A DNA stretch of 64,000 nucleotides from Pecten maximus (Eukaryota), in contig NC_047015.1 in the NCBI RefSeq assembly GCF_902652985.1, positions 23,808,001 to 23,872,000 on the forward strand. Direction: 5' to 3'. Below, one piece after another: positions 39,414 through 52,500 of this stretch. A program made the translations under genes and the position numbers. How positions within the stretch are numbered: position 1 is the first letter of the stretch; each line of letters opens with the position of its first letter. Under the pieces are notes generated by a model. It did not search any database and was not told where the DNA came from. It saw only the letters and a program-made list of their open reading frames with translations.

Positions 39414-41620
39414 CAGTGGAACTTCGTTAACTCGAACTCGGATAAACCGAATACCCCGCTTAACTCGAAGTACCTCGCCGGTCCCGGCCGAATTCTCTCT
39501 TTATCTTAGTAAAAAAAAAACTCGGATAATTCGAATTCGGATAACTCGAAAAACTCGGATAATACGAAGTAGAATTTGGTCCCAACAATAAAAATCCTAC
39601 TTGAAATGTTCGAATAACTCGAAGTATCATTTTTGAGTCTAAAAAAGATCGTTGGTAAACACCGACATTTTTTCAACATCAAATTTCCGGTTGTTATCGG
39701 CACTTCAAACCTACCAATTATTATATGCTACTTAAAGTTCTCAATAAATTAATTAAGCACATTCTCTGTGGAATCGTATAATAACAACTTTCGATGATAA
39801 AAAGTACTGATTAATCATACATCAAGCAATTTCCTTAGGCGGTCGCCGAAAATAACACACACCGCAGTCAACTCACCTACCCGCTCGCTCAAGCGGAACT
39901 AATCTCTGACACGCTACACAGTTAGAATCACAACCTTGGGTCGATACTCGGCTAATGTTTTTACAGGTGAAGAAATAAAACAGTTGCCGGGTCCTATTAA
40001 ATCGTTCAATGACTGAAACAATAATAATTACTGCTGAGGTGTTCAGAGTACCTCTGCATTGAGGAGATGTCATATGTAATTTAGACATAAAAGAAGGGGT
40101 GTTTCTCTGAAAATTCATACCCGTTTCGGAATGTCGAAGTCAATTGAGCAATCCAAGGAAGGACCCGGTAATCCCGGGGGGATAATTGGATCAATTGATA
40201 GGAGGAAGACCGGCGTGAAGAGGAAGATGACGACATATACAATTGAGACGAAGTACCAGGCCATCTTAGCTGTAGAGAGGGGAGACAGGTCAAAATCAGA
40301 CATAGCGAGAGAATTTGGTATTCCATCTAATACCTTGTCAACATGGTTAAAATCAAAAGAAAAGATCGTGACTATCTACAGCAACAACGGACTGAGTCCC
40401 GCTAGAAAAAGGATGAGAACTGCGAAGTTTGACGACATTGAGGCTGCTTTGTTGAAATGGTTCACCCATGCCAGAGATCACAATCTTTCCATTTCCGGTC
40501 CGATGCTGAGATCTAAAGCCAGCGATCTCGCAGAGAAGATGGGAGAGCAAAACTTCGCCAGCAGCACAGGATGGGTCGACAGGTTTAAGGAACGACATGG
40601 CATCTGTTTTAAGAAGATCTGCGGCGAGTCCAAGTCTGTTGATACCTCAAGCGATGCCATGCCAAAGTGGGCCGACGACCTCTCAGAGTATCAGCCGAAC
40701 AACATATTCAATGCAGATGAAACCGGCATCTTCTACCGATTACTACCCGACCGGACACTCGACTTCAAAGGGACCGACTGTCATGGCGGGAAACGAAGTA
40801 AAGAGCGCCTAACTGCCCTCGTATGTGCCAACATGACCGGTACTGAGAAGCTCCCCCTGTTCATCATCGGGAAGTCGATCAAACCAAGATGCTTTAAGAA
40901 TGTGAGCTCGCTACCAACAGAGTATACCGCAAACAAAAAAGCATGGATGACCAGAGACATTTTCACAGACTGGATCCGTAAATCTGACCGGAAGTTCGCC
41001 AGACAACACCGCCGCATCGCCATGGTGATAGATAACTGCCCTGCCCACCCAGTGATTAAAGATCTACGAGCCATCAAACTCATCTTCCTGCCTCCTAACA
41101 CTACCAGCAACACCCAGCCGTTGGACCAAGGAGTGATCCAAAACCTCAAAGTACACTACCGGAAGCGCCTACTACTACGCCACGTTAAAGCCATAGATAG
41201 ATCACAGGTACCAGAGATATCCGTACTCGACGCCATGAGACTTCTATCACTCGCATGGGGATGCGTCACAGAGACTACTATTCGGAACTGCTTCCACCAC
41301 GCAGGTTTCAAGACCGATGCTGACCCAACTCCCATCTACAGTGACGATGAAGATGACATCCCACTCGCACACCTAGCTAACCTACCAGTTCCTTTCGATC
41401 GATACGTCTCTGTAGATGCTGATCTCCATACTAGTGCTACTATGACAGATGATGACATCGTTGATGAAATCCTGCAGCGTAAGAACGACAACACTGACGA
41501 CTACGCTGATGCTGAGACTGCCGATAATGATGTATCCGTACCACCAGAACCCACTACCGACATGACCACGGACGCTTGCGCCCTACTCATCCGTGCGTTG
41601 GAGACTCATCCCAACGATAA
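39414..41620 (+). mobile_element. pogo/Tigger DNA transposon, left TIR present, right end missing
   Basis: TA|CAGTGGAACTTCGTTAACTCGAAC at 39412-39437 with subterminal ATAACTCGAA repeats; no matching right TIR seen. Confidence 0.85.
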
Positions 41621-41768
41621 TACTTATCCTCTCCGACACATCAGACTTTTTAACCCACCTTTATGCAGAACTAATAGCTACTTTGATCGTTTCTTCCTGT
41701 CTATGTGCCGCACAGCTAACAACACAGATGCTAACTACTCTGATTATCCCTCACTTGCAAGCTTTTAA
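40131..41768 (+). CDS. Tigger/pogo (TIGD4/6-like) transposase ORF, 545 aa; last ~48 aa LINE-derived
   Basis: HTH (IAREFGIPSNTLSTWLK), CENP-B HTH (LLKWF..ISGPMLR..ASTGWVDRFKERHGI), DDE_1 motifs NADETG, IDNCPAH, QPLDQG. Confidence 0.9.
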   Translation: MSKSIEQSKEGPGNPGGIIGSIDRRKTGVKRKMTTYTIETKYQAILAVERGDRSKSDIAREFGIPSNTLSTWLKSKEKIVTIYSNNGLSPARKRMRTAKFDDIEAALLKWFTHARDHNLSISGPMLRSKASDLAEKMGEQNFASSTGWVDRFKERHGICFKKICGESKSVDTSSDAMPKWADDLSEYQPNNIFNADETGIFYRLLPDRTLDFKGTDCHGGKRSKERLTALVCANMTGTEKLPLFIIGKSIKPRCFKNVSSLPTEYTANKKAWMTRDIFTDWIRKSDRKFARQHRRIAMVIDNCPAHPVIKDLRAIKLIFLPPNTTSNTQPLDQGVIQNLKVHYRKRLLLRHVKAIDRSQVPEISVLDAMRLLSLAWGCVTETTIRNCFHHAGFKTDADPTPIYSDDEDDIPLAHLANLPVPFDRYVSVDADLHTSATMTDDDIVDEILQRKNDNTDDYADAETADNDVSVPPEPTTDMTTDACALLIRALETHPNDNTYPLRHIRLFNPPLCRTNSYFDRFFLSMCRTANNTDANYSDYPSLASF

Positions 41769-42240
41769 CAAAGACTAAATAACAATAACACATTGGAAAT
41801 TGAATCTGTTAAAATCTTAAAACTGAAGGAACCAGAAGGGCGAACATAATTTTAACTCAGCTTAGAAATTATTGCAGTGATCTAAATTTTGATTTAAACC
41901 AGGACCATTTAACAGACAATCCATTATGTAATTGTTCATATGACCGTGAAACAGTTTCTCATTTTTTTCTAGATTGTCCTCTACATAATGATTTGCGGAT
42001 AAATTTGTTTACTTCCCTCAATAATTTTAATATTGACCATAACAATATTTGTATTAACATTATTTTAAATGGATGTCCTAGGTGTGATGGAAATGTGATA
42101 AGTAATACTTAATGATGTCCAAACTTTTACAGGAAAATCTCATCGTTTTAACTTATATAAGATCTAAGAAGCCATCATACTGTTCATCTTGAAAAATACT
42201 ACTTCTTCATGAAATTAATAATTTTTAACTTAAGTTTAAT

Positions 42241-42278
<38 letters not shown>

Positions 42279-42763
42279 CCCAGTTGAACATAGCTGATAT
42301 TTAGCTGTCATTAACTACAGTATTATTAAAATTACATAAATTATATGCATAGAAAATTCCTATACAGTTCAGGTGGTGATGACCTGTGCAATATAGGCAC
42401 ATGGACTTTTGGTCTAGCCACCTGTTACTGTCTCTATATTAATTAACTTTGATGTCTACAATTGTTTATTTATTTCATTCGGAACTGAATCACTGTTATA
42501 TTTGTTTATATTTATGTTAAAGTGTGTATGTGTGTGTGCAAGTGCTTTATGTAACATATTCTGTGTTTATCTTGTGTTGAAAAATAGTTACTTCCCTTAA
42601 TTCCTTTGTTTATATTATGTATTTCATTTCAAAATATTTAGACCAATTAATTTAAAAGATTGTAATTATATTCGATCGCTCAATCCACCATGGAAATAAT
42701 TTATATAGGCTTGCCTGTTATTCGATCCAATGCATATTAACATCATGTCAGTAAAATTTGTTG

Positions 42764-42767
<4 letters not shown>
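41620..42767 (+). mobile_element. CR1-like LINE 3' end (ORF2 C-terminus plus 3' UTR)
   Basis: YPLRHIRLFNPPLCRTNSYFDRFF aligns with YPLGSVILFDPPLCRTMNCFDSFF at ~35970; ETVSHFFLDCPLH; tail ..AAAATTTGTTGAAATG. Confidence 0.75.
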
Positions 42768-42831
<64 letters not shown>

Positions 42832-42893
42832 GAGAGACAGAGAGAGAGAGAGAGGACTACTCGTGTCGCGGACTAGAACAGAGAGAGAGAGAG
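42768..42893. repeat. (GA)n/(GACA)n microsatellite enclosing GGACTACTCGTGTCGCGGACTAG
   Basis: Direct reading. Confidence 0.95.
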
Positions 42894-44234
42894 CCAATTT
42901 CTGGACAAACTTTGTTTTCTCTTAGATAAAGAAATCACAACTAGTAGATTTATGCGAATAGTATTTCCTTATTTATATACAAAATATCTTCCTTAGATAT
43001 ATCAGTAAGACAATATAATGATAGCATGTGCGAATTGTTCATGAAATACATTTGTATGTCAATAAAACATGACAGTGTCGGAAACAGGAAGTAAGAAAAT
43101 GAGTGTAAATCGGATATGACAATGTTCTATGTCCGGATGTGAAGGTGCGGACATAGATCAAAAGAACATGTACGGCAACCTCTCGATGGCATTTACAATG
43201 CCAAGGTTTTCGATTACATATCTTCGAAATCAATTCATATTTGAAAATAAACGTGTATATTCTAGCCATCTCGACAACCATCTTGTATTTCTTTTTTCAA
43301 AATAATAAAAAAAATGCAAGCAGATAGGTTGAAAGAAATAGCTGACTTATCAGCGGGCATGTTACATTATTTGTTATTATGAAACGCCAAGGAGATCAAT
43401 ACGAAATGAAGAACACATACGTTATAGCCAGTGAAGGAGTTCAATTTAACCTATACTTGGTTTATCTGATAATACATGTAACCTTATACATACAGAACGA
43501 CGATTGTTCTTAATTCAAATGTTCCTAAATGAAAAGAATATTAGTCTAGTTTCTTTAATATTCCTTTAATCAAGGAAATTCCTAACCTTACAATTATACA
43601 CAGGAACGCATTACAGAATCTATTGAGGGTTCGGTGACGATGCTTTACTATGAAAAATTTGAAACCGGGACATGGTATCATAAAATATATGTTATATCTT
43701 TGATAAGGGATACATACGTCTATGTCTTAATGGAAACCAACTCGGTCAAAAACGTTCTGTTAAAATTTGGCGATTTTTTTCATTATTTCACTCTCAGCAA
43801 AGTTCCAAACCTGCATATAAATTCGACAATCGATTTTGAATAAAATTTATGAGTTGTATTGTAAAATTGAATCAGATGTGAAGATATTTCTCGAGATATT
43901 TTTGAGAAAGGTTCTTATTGTTAATTTTTAACCAACGGGACTTGCTACGAATTCCGAACCAACGGTCCATATATCCATTATATGATATACAATGTAAGCA
44001 TATACCTGGAACGTTGTTTAAGAAATCGTACCCTGTGAGATTAACCCCTTGTTTTACTGGTCCCGTTCGTCTCCACGTTCCTTGATAGGTCTACTTCAAA
44101 ATGAGAAATGTTTCATAGAATGTGAACCAACCGAGCCGAGTTACACAGGATGTACATACCCTGACAATGCACAGATATGCATGGGTTTATCAATATCAAA
44201 TGCCGAGAGGTTTTCCTGCCAAGCATTGGTGGCC

Positions 44235-44520
44235 CGGTAACATTATACTGACAACGGGCGAACCAGTCAACCGAATCCTAATGTGCTGAGCGCTAAGCAG
44301 GAGTAGAAACTATCATTTTAAAGACTCTGGTATGTCACGGCCAGGAGACAGAACCCAAAGCCTTCCTCAAAGGGGCAAACACTAAAGGCCACAAGTGAGG
44401 CATAACCAAGGAAGCCATAAGAAGAAGAAAGTAGTTCAGAAAGAAGAGAAGATAAGATACCAGTCGCCTCTTACGATCATGCAATGGGGCAACAGGTACA
44501 ATTTTGATATCCTACCTGCA
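44235..44520 (-). mobile_element. Meta-like SINE copy, partial
   Basis: Colinear with 16782-17080. Confidence 0.8.
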
Positions 44521-47500
44521 TGGCTGTTGTACACGCGTGCATGGTATACTTTCCAGGGCTCATGTATAAATAGAGAGTGTAGCACCGCATTCAATATTGT
44601 ACTTAGTAGGTATTTATTAAGCTATTCAGAAAAAAACAAGGCTATTCTAACATATCATTATTAATGTATACATTCTATCATTTCACAAATTTTTACGAAT
44701 GGCTTTAACACCAGGGTTTACAATAGGTCTAACCGGTAGATGGGAGACAATTAACATTGATCGTGACTTTTCAAATTTGTTTCCCTTTCATTTCAAAAAT
44801 ACTTAATTTTCTTCAATTCTATTCAAAAATACACAACTTATTTTTAGCACTGCATTATTTTAGTAACAAGCATCCATAAAGAATCGTCAAAGGTTCAAAA
44901 CAGAGAAAGATGAAATCTAACAACTGGGATCAGTTGTAAAAAGACAAAGAATGATAACATAATTGCATCACCATTCCAACTCAAAATCGAGAACAAAATA
45001 AAGATTTCGATTCAAACCTTTGAACAATAACAAGGGGAATAAAACAAGGTGTTCCAAAAGAATATGCGTCTTCTGCTTTATTGACGACACCCGCCATATC
45101 AATCTAGGTAAACTTTAGGTTATGTTCACATTCTTAAAAGGAGAATTAAGGTGGCGATAATGGAACCGCATATCAACAAGCATCGACAACGCCTGTCTTT
45201 ATACCGCTTAAGGAAATAAAATTGATTATTTTCAAGATCACGATGTTGACAATAACACCCCATAGTCTTAGATAACATCTTTCGAAACCTTGTGTTGTTA
45301 TTTTCTCCGTTAGTAGTCGACATCCATGATGGAAGGGGGAACCAAATGGGGCTAACACCGTCGGTACAATCTAGTAGAATCGGGGATGCTGTTATTTACA
45401 AATGGAAAATTATTAATTTGATAAGTATCACGCTTATGATACAGTTAACTGTTTAATTGTAAGCTGTCCAGGTTGCTTTCACTCAAAGTGAAGGAGAGAC
45501 AGAGAGAGAGACCCTGTTGCCAAAACATGCAGATTTCCCTTGTTTATTGGTGTATCATATTGCCGCTCAGTGGTTTTGAAGTATGGTTTATATAGATGAG
45601 CAGGCCTATAGATGGGTTGGGGATAAACTTGATATTTCAAACCATAGAGAATATATATATCTGTAGATTGATAATCAACAAGATGAAAATTATAGTGGTC
45701 TGTAAAAGACCAACTCATATCCATGCTAATTTACAAGTAATATTTATTAAACAATACAACGTCCAATCTACGGTTTTGTTATCATGGTCATCTCATGTGG
45801 ACATGTTCTCGATACAGTTTGAATAAAACCTATTGCTGATTACATACCTCCCAAGTGCCCAGAGTGGCTGGTGATCTCTCTTTAGATCTTCATTCATAAG
45901 TGTACTTTAATATCAGAATCTATAACAATCACCTACTCAAATAATCACGTAACCAACTGTAATTAATTGCTTTGCAATAGTTTTCAAACAGAGTTCGTGT
46001 GTTTGGCGTTTTTCAAGAAAGGCAATCAGGTTTTTGAAAACAGATGTAACTTGATTACAAAGAAATTGACTGACAGTGAGTGTCACCTGATGGTTTCTAT
46101 GTGTTACGGTCTGGCCGCACTGACAATTATATCGCCTTATAACAGTACAGAATCGTAAATACGCCCACCACTAATAGTAAAACACCTTTGAAATATCTTA
46201 CTCCATTTTTCTAATATCTAACTTTTAAAATACTGAACGGTCGATTAAAGGGAATTTGTGCCTTACACCTCAAAGCTAATTACAGACACACTGTCAAGCA
46301 GAGAAAATGTCAGAGGCGAAACGTGCCGTTAGTGGTAGCGTAAAAACGAGAGAGCAGATTGGCCATAGCGTTGTTTTTACAGTCAGACAACAGGAAGAAG
46401 GGAATGCAGTAATTGACTTGACAAACGATCTAATAATGATAGATAGCGAACACTACATTCGATAGTAAAACATGAATATATAACGAGCTCCTGATCGGTT
46501 ATCAATTAAAGTGGACGCTTTATAGTGAATTAGGAGTGTTAATAAAGCCAGCAGATTCCGTCTGGTGGGAGTTGTCACCTAATTAGACACAAGAACATGA
46601 CCGATTTGGGAATTTACTGCATAACAATCCTACCAAGGAATCTCCAACTCGATACCATTGATGTTTGTGTAGATTTCCAATTTCTTGTGGATAACTAGTA
46701 TTTAATGACATGATGCAGACATATATTTATCGTAAAATGGAAATCATTTACATATTATCAACAAATTTCCTTGTACAAGATATTATCGACATCCCGTGTA
46801 TTGTTAAAATAATCAATGCGCAGTTCAGATATTCAATAAAAATATATAATAATGTATCTGTGATACTTGCACTCTCAAGCTGTCAGTACCAGGCAGTACC
46901 AGGCTACCGTAGACCACGTGATCACACATTCTTAAAGGCAACGATTGGCTGAGAGGTATAACCAGGCATTGTATGGATATCCTCTGCAATTAGTACCTGT
47001 GGACGGCCCCGGCGGCGTGACAGACACGCGTAATTGTTGTGACACATCCAACACTTCACTTTTTAGTTGTTTTAGTGCTGTATTTTGTCAACAAAATACA
47101 ACAAAGGTCCGACCACGCAACTTCAGAATCTGAGTTTAAAAACATCTTGAGGCCTCTGAACTGGTCATACCAATTCGCTGGACGACACTGTGTATTTCCC
47201 GATGTCTCATCACGGAAACTAAGAGCGACAATTTCGAACGACATGACCAACCTCATGGTCAACAGGTAAATATGATATATTACAAGTAGAAACCAAACTA
47301 TTCCAGTTGTGTTATGCGTACTAACTTTCTATCTAATACTTGGATTAGTTCATGCATTATTGTTATATTTATGTGAATTAGTATCTACATGGCATTCATT
47401 TTCATTTTGATTTCAACTATCATTTTTCAGAGCCCTTCTTCACATTTTGGTTGTGATACTGACTTGTCATAGACTCCAACAACAAGTTGGTAAGTACATA

Positions 47501-49401
47501 TTTCAAAAAAAATCTTTTTACATTTTGAAATAGATGTGTCCATATGTGCATTTATTACCATCAACCTAGATGCCAACGTTTTGGTTAGTGAAAATCTAAT
47601 TATCGCGTTGATTTCAATATATTTCAACATTTAAGTAGACCTACCGACCAAAGCAGTGCTCTTCTTTAAAAACCGATAGTGTAAACTAGCCTAATAATAG
47701 GAAAACGATGACGACTTTGCGTGAAATCTAAATCCTGAAATCACCTCATGAATTGTCCAGGATCGGTGTTTGCATATGGCTAATTTGTTTCAGAAGAAAA
47801 CTCCAATGTTTTATAAAACAGTTTAATATTGATCATGAAGTAAAGCCAAAATACAGAGATAAACTATAACTTTATTTTTAGATTAAATATAAGATTAATA
47901 TTTGTCTTACTAATATATAATAATATAATATATATACTAGTAAAATTCATTTAAATTTCGAATCGCATTTTTGCAGCGGAGACTTTAGAACTATATATAG
48001 GAACTAAAATTATACCACTACTATAAATATACCGGTATAATGCGTCCTACTCCATTACTGTCATCTTCACTGCTATTTTAAGCCAGCGAAATGATATAGC
48101 CGAAAAAAGAGCCAAAAAATTCCATCTATCATCATTCATTATTTTAGTTATTATTCTTCATTATTTATCGTAATTTAGAAGTTGTTTTACAAAAGGTATA
48201 TCTAAAGGAAATTCTTAAAACACAGAAACGGTATCGCTGTGTTTAAACGTCGAATGATGTATGTTATAAGATATTTTCAATGTTAAATTAAACGTATGTT
48301 CCTACATTTGAAAGAAGTTAGATTGCATGTGTGTTCAGCCACCAAGGAGGAAACATTGGCTCTCATTAACATTTATGCCTAAAGTGTTGAAAGTAATTAT
48401 CAATTACCTTGATATATTTTATGACTTCACACTTTTTTACAACCTTACTAAATTGTTGCTTTTGATAACTTTACTAACTTTACCTTCTATTATGGCATGT
48501 AACTCGGCAATGTTCATGTGATGCCTTCTGTATTTAAGATTAGTTATGACAATTTAGATTTCGCTAATAAATGTCTCAGTTCTTCCATTTAACACCGATG
48601 TAGTGTTCTAAAATAATGAAACGGCATTAAAATATAAGCACAAATTGTATTTTCATAATCGGCATTTGCGTTTTGTACAGTCCGTTAAGATTTACGGGAT
48701 AGTAAAACCTGCTGGATGCCTTAAGTGCCGATCTTTGCGGTTATACGGCATGCTTCTTAGCTGTTAATAGGACGTTAAACAAAATAAACCAAACCAATAA
48801 ACCAAATGCGACTTTTCAATTGTTATGAAAAGTGACATCGGATCAGATTATAAACGTTGTTCTTTATGTACCTTTCATGCTGTATTTTGATATTTGTCTA
48901 TTCCTGCTTTGATTTCCCCTGTCTTTCTGCCTAGGCTTCCTCACACTGTGCCCCTTCTGAAAAGTTTTAAAATGATGTAGTTTTGGATTAATTATTCTAC
49001 ATCTAATGTATCTGCTACTCAATTTACTAGATTTACTAGATTTTATGATCAATGGTGTAATTTACTTTTTATTTGTAAATACTTTTGTCATATAAAATCA
49101 CTGAGCTGTTCTCGAAGAACAAAACAGATTTTTGATAGACAAGAATATTTTACATGTGTTGGTGATCCGAAGATGGAGATTTTAATTTCCTGTTGAAGTT
49201 GTACTGCGATGAATATACACATATATATGTACATACAAATATATGATAAGTTATAATTCTCAGTGTCCGATATGTATATATAATTGTAAGATTCGAAACA
49301 CTAATTGGCAAATCCCAAGCTACGCTAAGCATGTTATAAATCTGTTATATATATATATATATATATAGAATAAAGTTGAAATGTCCATGTGACGGTAAAT
49401 A

Positions 49402-49539
49402 ATAATAGAATAAAAAGTCAAACATAGATCTGCTGTCTCCCTAGTACTTTCGCGGCTACATTGTGTGAAGAGTGGCACAATGTAGCCGCGAAAGTACTAG
49501 GGAGACAGCAGATCTGTGTTTGGCTTTTTATTTTATTAT
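49402..49539. repeat. Near-perfect palindrome (64-bp arms, 10-nt loop), near (TA)n runs
   Basis: ATAATAG..GGCTACATTGTG tgaagagtgg CACAATGTAGCC..TTATTAT; 3 mismatches. Confidence 0.95.
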
Positions 49540-52500
49540 ATATATATATATATAACTTAACAACACAAATGACGAAGGAAGACAACTTTATTGAATTATA
49601 GTGTATATTTAAGCATATTACTTCTGTATTTTCTACCTTTTGGCCACTCTATATTTTATTGGTTTTCCCTTTGTTTTCTTACATACGATATCAGCATCGC
49701 CCAAGAGTTTAAATGACGAAACAATCATAGGATTATAACAACATGGCTCAGATGAATATAACAAGTAACCAGTAACCTTTAAATATATGTATACAGTTAT
49801 AACCTTAAATACAAAAAATACAACGTTATGAACTGAGGTTTTGCTTCTCCGCTACCTTTTGAAGCACTTCCTTTGGCTTATGTTCTGAACCTGCTATTAT
49901 AACAAATGATAGGCATTTACTATCATATGCGCCCAGGAATAGAAGAAATGTCCATTCATATTCATAAACGAACCATCTATTTCTCATTTTGTGGCATGCT
50001 ACAACACAAAGAAACATATTTACTATAGAACTAACATGTATTTTGCAAACTGAATTGTTTCTATGAGTTGAACAGAAAGAGTGTACCACAACTTTTAATA
50101 CAGAACATCAACCGAATGGAAATCTGAGACAGAGCTTAAATTATCAACAATCCAGTTTTTAAACTTCTTATTCCAAATGGAACGGCAAGATGTTACAAAA
50201 CATTAAAAACTATCTAGTAAGCTTTACAAGGAACCGACTGTGAAGCTTTGTGGTAGGAAGTGTAAATTACCCTGCATCACATTAGGCAAGTGTGGTGATG
50301 ACTTCTGCCCTTGATGTATGTAAATCATCAAGGTGTTGCATGCTATTTAAAACTGGTTCATAGTAAAGCTTTATACAAGGAAATATATTTAGATAAGAAC
50401 TTTACAATCCATCTGGTAGACAACCTATGTTCAGATAGCCAATACTGGCCTGTATCAACTGGGGGATGGCGTCTCTTCTTTGGAGATCGTCCTTGTTTTC
50501 ATATTTAAATAATATGTTGTTCTACCTAGAAGATAATCTGTAGAGGCAATAGTTCTTGTTCGATTTTTTTTCAAGCTGAAATAAGTAGCTCATTCTTAAA
50601 TCAGAAAACTGATTTCTGTATTCAGTAGTTACATGTACACTCTGGCTGCAGGGAAGGCCTGAAGATGTACTAGTAGCTGCGAAAATGAAACATGCTAGTC
50701 ATTAGATCATTGATGTGTAATCAGCATTGTTTTAATGAAGACAAAGGCTTTGACATGGAGATGAAGAAGAGTCTTCAACAAATTTACCGTCAAGTAATCA
50801 TTCCATTATGCCATTTCTTCAATACAGCTGATAGAAGCAAGTGTCTTGTTATAAAAATAGCTATCAGCACGTTACATAAGAATGAAATCCGAGAGATTTA
50901 TTATCATTGTATTGATTGTATACATATTGGGATTATCAATGTTTGTTTCTCCTAGTCGAAGCGTTCTGACCATACGACTGAGAGTTTTTCTTCACATATT
51001 GATTGTCATATGTGAATAGATCGTGTATATGTGTCATTTGGGATGGAGGACTTTTCATCCATTAGTCCGTCCTGTCTATATTTTATCAAAATTATGGTTA
51101 CGTTCCATCATTCCATACTCAAGGATGACTTCCGTTTGGTCGATACAAAGCGGAAAGAAAGAAATCAGAATAACACTTTCACAGTGCACTTCAACGCAAA
51201 CGTTTGTTTCTTCCCTAAAAGTACGCCAAACAAAATTATATAATCACATATGTTACAACACGAGGAGTAAACTGTAAACATCCTATTCGCGATTATTGGC
51301 TCTTTGAAACAGACGGATGAACCTATTAACATATATTGACATAGTTATATAAATATATGTAAACAAAAACAAGGTGAAACGTGTAAATTCTAAATACTAT
51401 AGGCATATGTCTGGACACTATTTCAAACATCGTATGTGTAAACCTGCATACAAATGTTTAAAAATCATACACACAGACATAGAAACGAATATTAGACAAG
51501 CAAATGTGGGCTAAAGGAAGCTGTACTGGAGGAAACACGTACTGACAGACATAATACTTATACGTATGATAAATGGTCACGGACCGATCGGCATGTTACT
51601 TGGACGTTATGTCAGACACAAGAGAAGCATTACAATGAGTGGGTTAAAGTTTCGGAATATGTCACTTGAATGATGAATCTTCCTTTTTTGATTACATGGT
51701 ATGCCTGTGTCAGACGCTGTCAAGCACTCTAGCCCTCCTCCTCCACCCAATCATACCTTTAAGACATAACGACGCATTGCCACTGTAATACAAATATCAA
51801 TGTGTCAAGACATGATACATGTATACGTACAACACTGAAGCAGCAATCGGATGGAAATGGATTTAAAAGTAATGTCCCGATATCGGTACATTTCATTCGC
51901 TATATTACCTGTAACGGTTCGGGGGAGAGTTGAAATTCTACGTTGTAAAATCTGTTTGATGACTTATGAACATCCCTAATCTGTCGGGCAGAATTGCACC
52001 TGTGTATTCTGCGGAGGAAACACAGATGAAAGCATTGTTATGATGTGTCCTTGTCTTACTTGAATTATGTATTTTCCTTTCTGGTGTCCTGTTTACAACA
52101 TGTACATGTGATGATAATTCAGAATTAACCTTGAGTTTGACCAGTATCTATTGACACCGCTTACTAATGGCATACCCTCTTTTCAAAAAAAAATATTCAG
52201 TTAGTTTCTGGATAAAATGAATGAATGCATCTTTTTTTGAATAAATGCCAAATTAGCTTTAAAAAGCTGAATTTGGCTCAGAAACCAAGAAATGATTAAA
52301 TTAGTTTCAGCTAGTTAACTTTAATAAATTCCTCCATTGATAGAATACTAGAATAACGCCCGAGCGGAACATCATTGGCCTAACATTGCCACCTTATTTA
52401 TTCGCTTGTCTAAATAGAAATATTATTGAGATTGACACAACGCGTTAATTGTTTAATTATCGCGATGTTATCTATTTCAAATATAGCATCTATTAGGGAC

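Noticed and set aside
46945-47269. Candidate first (signal-peptide) exon ending at CAG|GTAAAT
   Set aside because: No ATG-initiated hydrophobic frame with the required phase 1; could be a non-coding exon but unsupported.
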